Made by a program: the position numbers and the translations under genes. Below, in pieces: positions 17,216 to 25,524 of a stretch of 64,000 bases of DNA. Positions within the stretch are counted from its first letter, which is position 1; each line of letters opens with the position of its first letter. Origin of the DNA: a virus. The notes beneath the pieces are model-generated. The model ran no database searches and was not told the DNA's origin. It saw only the letters and a list, made by a program, of their open reading frames with translations. The stretch is taken from IMG/VR virus record IMGVR_UViG_3300045988_184160, positions 96,001 through 160,000 of that record; one strand, given 5' to 3'.

Positions 17216-18472
17216 TTGATTCACCTGGTTGCGGCGCTCCCGTTCATGCTCCCCATAAAGGGGCTTGCGCAGGCTAAGAATATTACCCTGCAAACGTCGC
17301 TTGTCACCGCCCTACGCAGTATGCGGGACGGAGATAAGCTGGTGTATGTGTCCTCGAAAGACACACCCTATGAGGCGTTAACCGCGTACTTCGAGTACGG
17401 GCAACCCAGTGGGCATGTTTTCTTGGACAAGGAAAAGAGCGCTGGGGCTGCTGACTTGCTTGTTGCTTGCGCTATCAGTGGGGACGGTTGGGGAGACGTT
17501 TCTGTGCTCCCGACTGACCCCGCTGATCTGGATGACTTCTTGGAGGCTTGGAAGCCGCGTCCCGCCACCCATAGGACTCTGCGGAAGCTAGTGGATAACC
17601 CGCGTGAGGGTCTGACAGGCGCGGATATGCTCGCCATTTCTAGGGAAGCGGAGGTTCTGATGTCTCAAAGTGAAAACGTTTTCGAGTTCCACGGAAAAAT
17701 TAAGCTCCTCGTAGAAGAAGCCATAGAAAAAAATAATGAGCTGAAACGAGAAAACCTGAAACACAAATCAGAAATCCAGAAACTAGGGCAAGGGCAAATA
17801 GTGGTGAGGGAAATACCGTCATCCACGAACATCCGTGGAGTGTACGACCCTATCCCCTATAAAGACCCGAGGCACACCCTGCTAGTCAAAAAAATAGGTG
17901 ACGCCCCGAAAATCGTTTCGTTCTTCCTAGCATTCAGGGAATGGTTGAGCCGGAAAAACCTCAACGCGAAGCTCGTCATATTCTACGATGGGACAGTGTA
18001 CAAGTCTGACAGGTACCGGAGGATCGGTGGTTTAGCTGGTATCCAAGCTGCAGCGACCAATGACAACATCACATCCCCCAAAGTGTATGAGAAACCGGTT
18101 ATCACCACCCCAGACGGTAGTAGGAGTGTGATGGAAGGTGTTCTAGCGGAGGAAGGCACCGACCTGCTGATCGTGTTGGACGTGAACGCCGCATCCTCAT
18201 GGGAGCACATCTTCCAGATCACCGGTTCATCAATTGAGACGCAGCTTCTATTCGCTGTGGGGTCAACCCAAGACGCTGAATACCTCATGGGGCAAGGAGT
18301 GGGGCCTGACGAGATAGTCTGCTCCCCAGGGTGCGCTGTGGACGGCTCCATCGTTGAGATACCGTTCCTCACCCAAGTACCTAAAGACCCAGCAGCCCGC
18401 ATGAACTTCCTCGTCACACAGTACGAGGGGGAGTTCAGGAACCTAGAAAAATTTTCCCGTGGAGGATGGTAA
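17216..18472 (+). CDS. Second ParA/MinD-like pseudo-ATPase-type protein (T4SS accessory, unknown function)
   Basis: 418 aa, TTG start 7 nt after the previous stop. TLLVKKIGDAPKIVSFFLAF...AKLVIFYDG...TDLLIVLDVNAAS parallels the domain in 15214..17208. Central coiled coil. Confidence 0.6.
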   Translation: MIHLVAALPFMLPIKGLAQAKNITLQTSLVTALRSMRDGDKLVYVSSKDTPYEALTAYFEYGQPSGHVFLDKEKSAGAADLLVACAISGDGWGDVSVLPTDPADLDDFLEAWKPRPATHRTLRKLVDNPREGLTGADMLAISREAEVLMSQSENVFEFHGKIKLLVEEAIEKNNELKRENLKHKSEIQKLGQGQIVVREIPSSTNIRGVYDPIPYKDPRHTLLVKKIGDAPKIVSFFLAFREWLSRKNLNAKLVIFYDGTVYKSDRYRRIGGLAGIQAAATNDNITSPKVYEKPVITTPDGSRSVMEGVLAEEGTDLLIVLDVNAASSWEHIFQITGSSIETQLLFAVGSTQDAEYLMGQGVGPDEIVCSPGCAVDGSIVEIPFLTQVPKDPAARMNFLVTQYEGEFRNLEKFSRGGW

Positions 18473-18475
18473 ATT

Positions 18476-20686
18476 TTGACAGTTGTTCACCAGGATAATG
18501 ACAGCGACCAGAAGAAAGGGTTCTGGTACCGCGCCCTAGATGCCCTAACAGGGTACCCCGTGTGGGCGCGGGTAATCGCGGAACGGGATAAACGTAACCG
18601 GTCAGACGCCTACCCCAAAAGGCGTGTAGACATGTATGCCACCAGTGACAGGATCTACATAGACACCGATAAGGTGATGTACATGTACACCATTGACGGG
18701 TACAGCAGGACCGTGCCCGTCCAGTGGAGGCATGACCTTATGCGCATCATCGAGGACGCCCCTGACATGAACATTAATTTTGAAGAGGTCATGGTCCGTG
18801 ACGAGTACGATTATTCGACAGGTAAAAATAAGAGCTGGCTTTCCCATGTTAAACGGCAAGAAGGTAAGGTTAACGAAGGTGACCTGCATAAAACCCTGAC
18901 CCCTGAAGAAGAAGAAGCGATCTCGAAAACTATGAGGCGCAGGGAAACCCTGCAGTACATTCTTTACACCAAAAAGAATGGGCACCGGCTACTCGCCCCG
19001 AAGCTCGCGGTGAAAGTGTTCGGTAAACGCGGTCACGACTTTGATCGCCACATCAGCGAAATCGAAGAATACTTCGAAAACAATGGTATCCAAGCTAACC
19101 GAGTCACAGAAGACATCCAAGAATACTACGGATTCTTCAGCCCGTTCAGCACCGACTCCAACAGCACCCAAGCATTCTACAAAAAATTGGGACACCAGAT
19201 GATGTCCGACGAACAAGTAGCGAACCTCTCATTCGACACAGGCGGCGGCATCATCGGATCCGGCGACTTCCTGCTAGGCGCAGACGTGTTCACAGGAAAC
19301 ATGGTTCTGACCACCATGAAGAAAGACTCCCAAGAGCCAGAGAATACGTGCATCATGGCTACTACCGGTGGCGGTAAATCGTTCAAGTTCAAATTTCATC
19401 TTGTCCAGTTCTTAGCGCGAGATAATTATGTTGCGACCATTGCAGATATTGAGGGTGACGAATACCTTCAACTGGCAACATACCTTGGGAAGACAGGTGT
19501 CTCTACCACTATTATCAAGATGGGTTTGGGTGGTGAAGATAACGATAATGTGCGCTACTATGACCCGTGTGAAATCCACAGTTTCGTGGCTGATGTGGAT
19601 GGTGAAGGCGACGAGAAGGGTATCAGTGGTTACACTAACTCTTACGACTCTGCACTGAAAATCATTCAGACCCTATGCTTCGGCACCAGCAAGCTAAACG
19701 AAGTGCAGAGGATTCTAACCGAAGAAATAGTTGGGCAAACATATCAGAGGCGCGGTGTTAACCCGTCAGATAAGAGCACTTGGGGGCGTTCTGCTGGTAT
19801 GCGTTTGCATGACATGTACGACACGGCGGTATGGCTACGTAATATGGCTAAATCTGGTGACCGGAACACCCTAGACGAATCGTCTACCCACATCATTGAT
19901 GCTATCCGAGAGTTCAAAGCATACGCCCAGAATCTAGCCACTATTACTGTCTCACTATCTAGGTATTTCACCCCCCAGGGGTCTAGGGCACACATTTTCA
20001 AGAACCGTATCACCCTCGACGAGTTCATTGACGCTAAGCTCGTGATCAACAGTTTCGGGCTGCGGTTCCAAGCGCAAGGTACGGTAGACCCTGTGCTTAT
20101 GGGTTTGGCGCAGCTGTATTCTTCGCAGATCACCTACCTGCGCACCCATTACGCTTTTTCTCGCGGGAAATACAGTGTCAACATGTTTGAGGAGTTCCAG
20201 CGCTCCATAGAAATTGATGGGCTGTACGAGCACCTGAAACAGATCCTTTCTGGTTCACGTAAAAATGGTGGGGTGAACTATGTGGCAACTAACGAGCCTC
20301 TGAAACTTTGCATAGAGAAACCTGATTTCTTTGAGAATATGCAGAGCTTCATTGTGGGTGGTATAGCATCTGACGCTGTTAAAGTTGTTGCCGAGAAGAT
20401 TCGAGCATCAGCCTATGTTGATATTCTCAAAAAGATTGCGGAGGAAAATAAGGATAATGAGGAGGAGCAGAAGCAAGCGCATTATAATCCTCTTCAAGGT
20501 AGGGAAATAGCGGACTATAAGAATATATACGACAACCCTTATAAACATGCCTTCTTTATTTTCAGGAAAAACGGTAGCCAAGTCGCCGTAACCCGCGCAC
20601 CTGCCCCACCTGAAATTATTGACAATGATTTATTCTATACTGGTGTTAGGAAAGTTGATGATAATGATAGGGTGGTGACCAGTTAG
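18476..20686 (+). CDS. VirB4/TcpF/PrgJ-like T4SS ATPase
   Basis: 736 aa. GGAGGA SD and TTG start. Walker A ATTGGGKSF (about 19358..19384). DIEGDEY...YYDPCEI and SVNMFEEF (DE-type Walker B) and SGSRKNGGV...TNEP motifs are typical of Gram-positive VirB4 homologs. Confidence 0.85.
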   Translation: MTVVHQDNDSDQKKGFWYRALDALTGYPVWARVIAERDKRNRSDAYPKRRVDMYATSDRIYIDTDKVMYMYTIDGYSRTVPVQWRHDLMRIIEDAPDMNINFEEVMVRDEYDYSTGKNKSWLSHVKRQEGKVNEGDLHKTLTPEEEEAISKTMRRRETLQYILYTKKNGHRLLAPKLAVKVFGKRGHDFDRHISEIEEYFENNGIQANRVTEDIQEYYGFFSPFSTDSNSTQAFYKKLGHQMMSDEQVANLSFDTGGGIIGSGDFLLGADVFTGNMVLTTMKKDSQEPENTCIMATTGGGKSFKFKFHLVQFLARDNYVATIADIEGDEYLQLATYLGKTGVSTTIIKMGLGGEDNDNVRYYDPCEIHSFVADVDGEGDEKGISGYTNSYDSALKIIQTLCFGTSKLNEVQRILTEEIVGQTYQRRGVNPSDKSTWGRSAGMRLHDMYDTAVWLRNMAKSGDRNTLDESSTHIIDAIREFKAYAQNLATITVSLSRYFTPQGSRAHIFKNRITLDEFIDAKLVINSFGLRFQAQGTVDPVLMGLAQLYSSQITYLRTHYAFSRGKYSVNMFEEFQRSIEIDGLYEHLKQILSGSRKNGGVNYVATNEPLKLCIEKPDFFENMQSFIVGGIASDAVKVVAEKIRASAYVDILKKIAEENKDNEEEQKQAHYNPLQGREIADYKNIYDNPYKHAFFIFRKNGSQVAVTRAPAPPEIIDNDLFYTGVRKVDDNDRVVTS

Positions 20687-20687
20687 T

Positions 20688-21779
20688 TTGGCTGCTAATA
20701 ATGATCGGATGAGACGTATGCCCCCTCCGAGGCGTAGTAGTGCCACGCGGGTGCAGGCTCAGCCCCGTGATAATTCTCGTGGGCGTGATTTGAGTCGTGG
20801 GCGGGAAGAGGAATCTGGGTTTAAGAAATTTATTAAATCTAAGCTTGTCATTGGTATAGCTATCGTTATTGCGGTGCTTGTTGCTTGGAACATGTTTTTC
20901 AAGAATACCCCGACCGTTGAGGAAGGTGAAGAGCCTACAGCTGCGGAGACCACCACTAAAGCTAAAACCATCAACGGTGGCACCGACACGAGTCTAGCGC
21001 AGATGCAGGACAGCCTCATCAAGCAGAACGGGCAGCCCCCGAAGGGTTTCGTGTGGGGCAAGGATAAGAAGCTTTGGTCTTTGGGTGTTGCTGATATGAG
21101 TGAGGATGACGCGGTAATAGGTTACCTACGTGCCCTGCAGCTGTTGGATATTAACCAGGCACAGCTTTTGAGTCATGACTCTAAGGTGCTGGAAACGTAC
21201 CGTTCCCTCGTGGAGAATAAGAGCAAATCAGCAGATAACGACTACCAGCGGGCATCATATATTGCTGCGATGCAGTCCATTGAGGTGAAGCAGATCCAGT
21301 CCTCCGCTGGGCAGGCTGATAATAAGAAAACCTACACTATTGATATTGAGATCGTGGATTTCTCTGACACCTCATTTATTGAGGCTAAGAAACATGAGTG
21401 GTTTGAGAACCTTTACCGGAAAGAAGTTGTTGAGGGCAACAGCACCGGTGCAGACAATTATGTTCAGGAAGAACTCACCAAATACTATGCCTCCCCAGAA
21501 GCTAAGAAGAAATCCGAAAAAATTTCCCTGTCCGTGGAGAAGCTAAAGGAAATCAACAGTGGTTGGCTGGTGCGTGGTGACGGTTCCCTGAACACCAAAC
21601 TAAAAGACAGCAGCTCAAAATCCGGGTACCAGGGGACACTGAAACACGTCAAGGACCAGTACGTCTCCTACCGTAAAGACCGCACCGCGAAAGAACAGCA
21701 AGAGAAACGGGACGCCGAGAAAGCTGCTGCTGAGCAGAAGAAAAAAGAGGAGCAGGGTAAGAAGGACGGGGGTAAGTAG
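20688..21779 (+). CDS. Bitopic T4SS-cluster membrane protein (VirB8/TcpC-like position)
   Basis: 363 aa. TTG start 1 nt after the virB4-like stop. Basic N-terminus, single TM (LVIGIAIVIAVLVAWNMFF), extracytoplasmic domain, K/E-rich tail. Confidence 0.6.
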   Translation: MAANNDRMRRMPPPRRSSATRVQAQPRDNSRGRDLSRGREEESGFKKFIKSKLVIGIAIVIAVLVAWNMFFKNTPTVEEGEEPTAAETTTKAKTINGGTDTSLAQMQDSLIKQNGQPPKGFVWGKDKKLWSLGVADMSEDDAVIGYLRALQLLDINQAQLLSHDSKVLETYRSLVENKSKSADNDYQRASYIAAMQSIEVKQIQSSAGQADNKKTYTIDIEIVDFSDTSFIEAKKHEWFENLYRKEVVEGNSTGADNYVQEELTKYYASPEAKKKSEKISLSVEKLKEINSGWLVRGDGSLNTKLKDSSSKSGYQGTLKHVKDQYVSYRKDRTAKEQQEKRDAEKAAAEQKKKEEQGKKDGGK

Positions 21780-21784
21780 CTGAT

Positions 21785-21934
21785 ATGTTGTGGGTTTTCG
21801 TGCCGCCTATCCTGATTATCCTGTGCGCCTACATTGGTTCTCATAGGGATATGCCTACGCAAGCTAATGTTTTGGCGCATGTGTTCGGTATTGCTGTTCT
21901 CATGTTTCTGCTTGTTAACCGGATGTATAGTTAG
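21785..21934 (+). CDS. Small 2-TM protein (49 aa), not in the ORF track
   Basis: ATG 5 nt after the previous stop. MLWVFVPPILIILCAYIGSHRDMPTQANVLAHVFGIAVLMFLLVNRMYS has two hydrophobic helices and fills the gap before the coupling ATPase. Confidence 0.4.
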   Translation: MLWVFVPPILIILCAYIGSHRDMPTQANVLAHVFGIAVLMFLLVNRMYS

Positions 21935-21952
21935 AGGTAGGTTTTATCTTAC

Positions 21953-24556
21953 ATGAATTTCGATCCTAGAGACTCGTACCCGTCAGGTTCACCGCACGCC
22001 CGCAGGTCTTTTGACGGACCCCCTAGTAATGATTTCAGAAGAGGCGGTAACCCCCGTTTCGACAGGGGTGGTGACCCGAGGGCTGGGCGCGGCGGAATGT
22101 TCGACAGCATCCAGCCAGCCCAAGGTGAGCCTGAGCAGCAAAAGAAAAAAGATGGTTTTGACACCGGTTTAGAATATGCTGGTAAAGCAGCTAAACACAC
22201 CGGTAAAGGCATCGTAACATTCGTGAGCTCACTCAAAGACGTGAACCGTGTAACCTCAATGGACACAGGGCGCGCAGGCATAGCCTTGTCAGGCGGGTAC
22301 ATCCTAGCAGGCATGCTCCTATGGGTTGTCGCCTACTTCGCGCACCTCAACACCATCGGTTTAGCGGTGCAGATCGCAGGCGGGCTCATTGCTTTAAGCG
22401 TTTCCGTGCTCCTACGTTTCGGTCCCGTGGAGAAAGCTATCAAGAACGGGGAGCTTGAAGAACTACTCGGGGACGCCACCGAAGAGGAAGACGAAACCAG
22501 TGAGGATGGTGACGAAGTATGGGAAAGCGGGGGTGAACCATCCAACCCCACCATTGCGCCCACGTTCCCAGTAGTCATAGAAGAAGACGCGCCCGTAACA
22601 CCAATCGAGGATGTGGAGGATACCGCCCCGACACTACCCCTAACGGACGTGAACCTACCCGCGTTACAGGAAGAAACCCCTACGCCACCAAAACTACCAG
22701 ACCCCACACCAGCCATTGAACTGCCCACCCTGAAACCAGTGGAAACCGAGGTGGTATCAAACGGACCAGTAGCCCCACAACCCGCTGGCGGCGAGTTCAA
22801 CCGTTACCGCACCCCATCGAGGGAATGGTTGTGGGAGCAGGTTGTGAGGAACCTGCCGCATGCTAATCGAAACTATACGAAGTGGCGTAAACTACCAGAG
22901 TCTAATAGGCTGGTATCTGAAATCAGTGAGTTGCTTGTAAAGTGTGCGGTTTTCACTCTTAATATCCAGGATGATGACTATGACAGTAAGCCTGTTCTGG
23001 TAACTGATTCTGTTGAGCAGAACTCTTATGTAACAAGGTTTACATATAAAGTGAAGCCCAACACCCCACTTAGCGGCAACTCTGCTAAAGAGAAATTACT
23101 GCAGAGCCTATGCCTACAGTGGGCTAACAAAATTCAGGAAGAAAAAGGATTAAAGAGTACTCCGAATTACATATCCGGTCGTCAGATAGACCGTTTAGGC
23201 GAAGTTACGGTTGAAATAATTGATCGTAGTAACTCTAAGCCAATCACCATTGCGGATGCGTGGGAAGCTAATAAAGATATGCTGCTTTCCAGTGAACTTG
23301 CGATGCCTATTGTGCTAGGTATCACAGATGAAGGGGATGCTAATTTCCTGGATCTCCATAAGATCACCTCTATAATCGTCAGTGGTAAAAGTGGTACAGG
23401 TAAGACCACAACGATGATCTCTCTGTTGATGCAAATAGCAGCGTTAAACTCGCCCCGAGAAGTGAAAATTGATGTTTGTGACCCGAAAGACAAAGCATCT
23501 GATTTCGCTCATTTCGGAGTCCCCCACCTCAATAAGTTTGTGTCTGGCATCGATGACACTATCGACTACCTAAACGGACTTGAAAAAGAGAGGGTTGAGC
23601 GAGGCGATTTCTTAGGAAGCGTTGCCGAAGATAAAGACAATCCTCCAAGCTGGGCTAACTACTACACAGATAACCCTACAGCACGTGACAAGCTTCCCCT
23701 GAAAATTGTGATTATTGATGAATACAATAATTTCAAAAAGACATCACGTGGCAAAGAATTTGACCAGCTTGTGAGTTCCTTGGTTACAACTCTTCGTGTG
23801 TACGGTATTTTCTTGTGGCTGATACCGCACCGTATTGTTCAGGATAATATCAGTACGAATATATCTAAGAACATTGCGGTTCGAGGTATTATTAACCCAA
23901 CCCCAGAAGATCAGAAGATATTAGCTGCGAGTACCACGGTCAAGCCGATTGATACTTACAACCAAGGCGATTGTGTGTTCTACTCTGATATCGGTCCTGT
24001 GCGTGATGGGCAGGGGGAAAAGAAAACTGGGTTGTTTTTCAACAAAAGCATTGTTCCAGCAGGAGATTTCAAGGCTAAACCGGTGTCAGATTTCATATCG
24101 GCATTGTGGCATGGTATTGACCCTGAGGGTTTCCACTCAGGCGATTATATTGATAGCCGTCTTTCGTCTTGGAAATGTGATTGTGAGTTCAGGAAGCATA
24201 CGGGGCAGAAGGAAAAGGGGGAGCCTGTAGAGGCTTCTTCACAGGGTAAAGTTTCGCTTGCGAAGCAGGAGCCGTCGAAGCCACCAGCAGATAAGCCTTC
24301 GTCTGGTTCTTCTGGGGACATAGACGACGTGTTTGCCCTAATGGAAAGTCTTGCATTGGGTTCACAAGAGATTAGTGCTGATCCGAAAAAAGAAGAGGCT
24401 ACTCATGAGAGCGCGCCGCCTAGTGTTGAACAGCCACCAGTCGAACCAGCTACTACACCAGTGCCAGAGGAGGAAGAGGGTCCTCAGCAAGCCCCACCCA
24501 AGTCTGAGGCACCCACTGCTAGGGATAGGTTGAGGATGCTGGAAGAAGGTTTCTAA
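21953..24556 (+). CDS. FtsK/SpoIIIE-family (TcpA/Orf21-type) conjugative coupling/DNA-translocase ATPase
   Basis: 867 aa. N-terminal TM helices. Motor-domain motifs MPIVLGITDEG...SGKSGTGKTTT (23384..23410)...KIDVCDPK...FGVPHL...KIVIIDEYNNF. Pro/Glu-rich C-terminus. Confidence 0.85.
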   Translation: MNFDPRDSYPSGSPHARRSFDGPPSNDFRRGGNPRFDRGGDPRAGRGGMFDSIQPAQGEPEQQKKKDGFDTGLEYAGKAAKHTGKGIVTFVSSLKDVNRVTSMDTGRAGIALSGGYILAGMLLWVVAYFAHLNTIGLAVQIAGGLIALSVSVLLRFGPVEKAIKNGELEELLGDATEEEDETSEDGDEVWESGGEPSNPTIAPTFPVVIEEDAPVTPIEDVEDTAPTLPLTDVNLPALQEETPTPPKLPDPTPAIELPTLKPVETEVVSNGPVAPQPAGGEFNRYRTPSREWLWEQVVRNLPHANRNYTKWRKLPESNRLVSEISELLVKCAVFTLNIQDDDYDSKPVLVTDSVEQNSYVTRFTYKVKPNTPLSGNSAKEKLLQSLCLQWANKIQEEKGLKSTPNYISGRQIDRLGEVTVEIIDRSNSKPITIADAWEANKDMLLSSELAMPIVLGITDEGDANFLDLHKITSIIVSGKSGTGKTTTMISLLMQIAALNSPREVKIDVCDPKDKASDFAHFGVPHLNKFVSGIDDTIDYLNGLEKERVERGDFLGSVAEDKDNPPSWANYYTDNPTARDKLPLKIVIIDEYNNFKKTSRGKEFDQLVSSLVTTLRVYGIFLWLIPHRIVQDNISTNISKNIAVRGIINPTPEDQKILAASTTVKPIDTYNQGDCVFYSDIGPVRDGQGEKKTGLFFNKSIVPAGDFKAKPVSDFISALWHGIDPEGFHSGDYIDSRLSSWKCDCEFRKHTGQKEKGEPVEASSQGKVSLAKQEPSKPPADKPSSGSSGDIDDVFALMESLALGSQEISADPKKEEATHESAPPSVEQPPVEPATTPVPEEEEGPQQAPPKSEAPTARDRLRMLEEGF

Positions 24557-24581
24557 AAACAATAAATAACACCCTCTAAAT

Positions 24582-24630
24582 GCGGGGCGGGGTACCTAAT
24601 AAAAATGGTGTCCCGTCCCGCGTTAGTTAT
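24582..24630 (+). terminator. Terminator after the coupling-ATPase gene
   Basis: GCGGGGCGGGGTACC (24582..24596) pairs with GGTGTCCCGTCCCGC (24607..24621), giving 15 bp including G-U pairs, then a T-rich stretch. Confidence 0.55.
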
Positions 24631-24682
24631 ATATACTTATAAACAACTAGACCACTAGTTCTGAGCGTGAAAGAAGCAAAAA

Positions 24683-24976
24683 ATGCACGACATATATAAT
24701 GAAGGAAAAACAGAGTTTGTGGGACTCATCCCAGGGGCACCTGAGGCTGTCACCAACATCCTCTACCTAGTATTAGTCCTATGTGCTGGGTATGTGCTCC
24801 TGAAACACGGTTTACCAATAATTAAATCCGTTACGGGGACAATAATCTCAGCAGTTTCAATCGCTGTTACGCTATTATTCCTCCTATTGTTTGCGCATAA
24901 TCTGGGGCTTGTTAATGCCACCCCAGTTTTTGATTGGTTGGGCACGGTATTCCCAATCATCGCAAGAAAACAATAG
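24683..24976 (+). CDS. Small polytopic membrane protein
   Basis: 97 aa with 3 predicted hydrophobic helices. RBS-like GAAAGAAG. First gene of the NfeD-flotillin trio. Confidence 0.6.
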   Translation: MHDIYNEGKTEFVGLIPGAPEAVTNILYLVLVLCAGYVLLKHGLPIIKSVTGTIISAVSIAVTLLFLLLFAHNLGLVNATPVFDWLGTVFPIIARKQ

Positions 24977-24994
24977 CAGAGGGGTGACGCGCGT

Positions 24995-25510
24995 ATGATG
25001 AGTGAAATGTACGGCATGTTCGCTGGTGTGCCCGACTATTTGTGGTGGTGCTTTGCAGCTTTCCTAGTCTGGTTTCTTCTGGTGTTCACGGGGCTGGATG
25101 ACCTGATACCCGATATCCCGTTCGTACCATTGAGAGGGATGCTTCTCGCAGCAGGTATTTTCGGTGGTGTTGGCATACTCCTGTACTCGCGTATAGGCGT
25201 AACAGCACTGTATGTTGCCGCCGCTATCGGACTCGTCATTTCGGTTCCCATTACCCTGATGTTTACCAAAGTGAAAGCTGACTCGAAAGACATAAAACCC
25301 AATAGTATATCTGGGCAGAAAGGTGTCATCACCTCAATCACCAGCAAAGGTGAATATCTAATCCAGCTGGAATCCGAGTCCACAGGAAGAGTATGCGAAC
25401 CAGCGTCAAAAAACCGTAACGAAATTTTTGAGATTGGTGAAGAAATAATCATCACAGGTTACTCAAAACATAACCATATGCTACAGTTCGTTTCTGTGGC
25501 AGAAATATAG
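24995..25510 (+). CDS. NfeD-like membrane protein
   Basis: 171 aa. N-terminal TM helices plus a C-terminal OB-like segment (GQKGVITSITSKGEYLIQLE...EIGEEIIITGY). Sits immediately upstream of an SPFH/flotillin gene, the classic pairing. Confidence 0.7.
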   Translation: MMSEMYGMFAGVPDYLWWCFAAFLVWFLLVFTGLDDLIPDIPFVPLRGMLLAAGIFGGVGILLYSRIGVTALYVAAAIGLVISVPITLMFTKVKADSKDIKPNSISGQKGVITSITSKGEYLIQLESESTGRVCEPASKNRNEIFEIGEEIIITGYSKHNHMLQFVSVAEI

Positions 25511-25524
25511 AAGGAAAAATAAAT

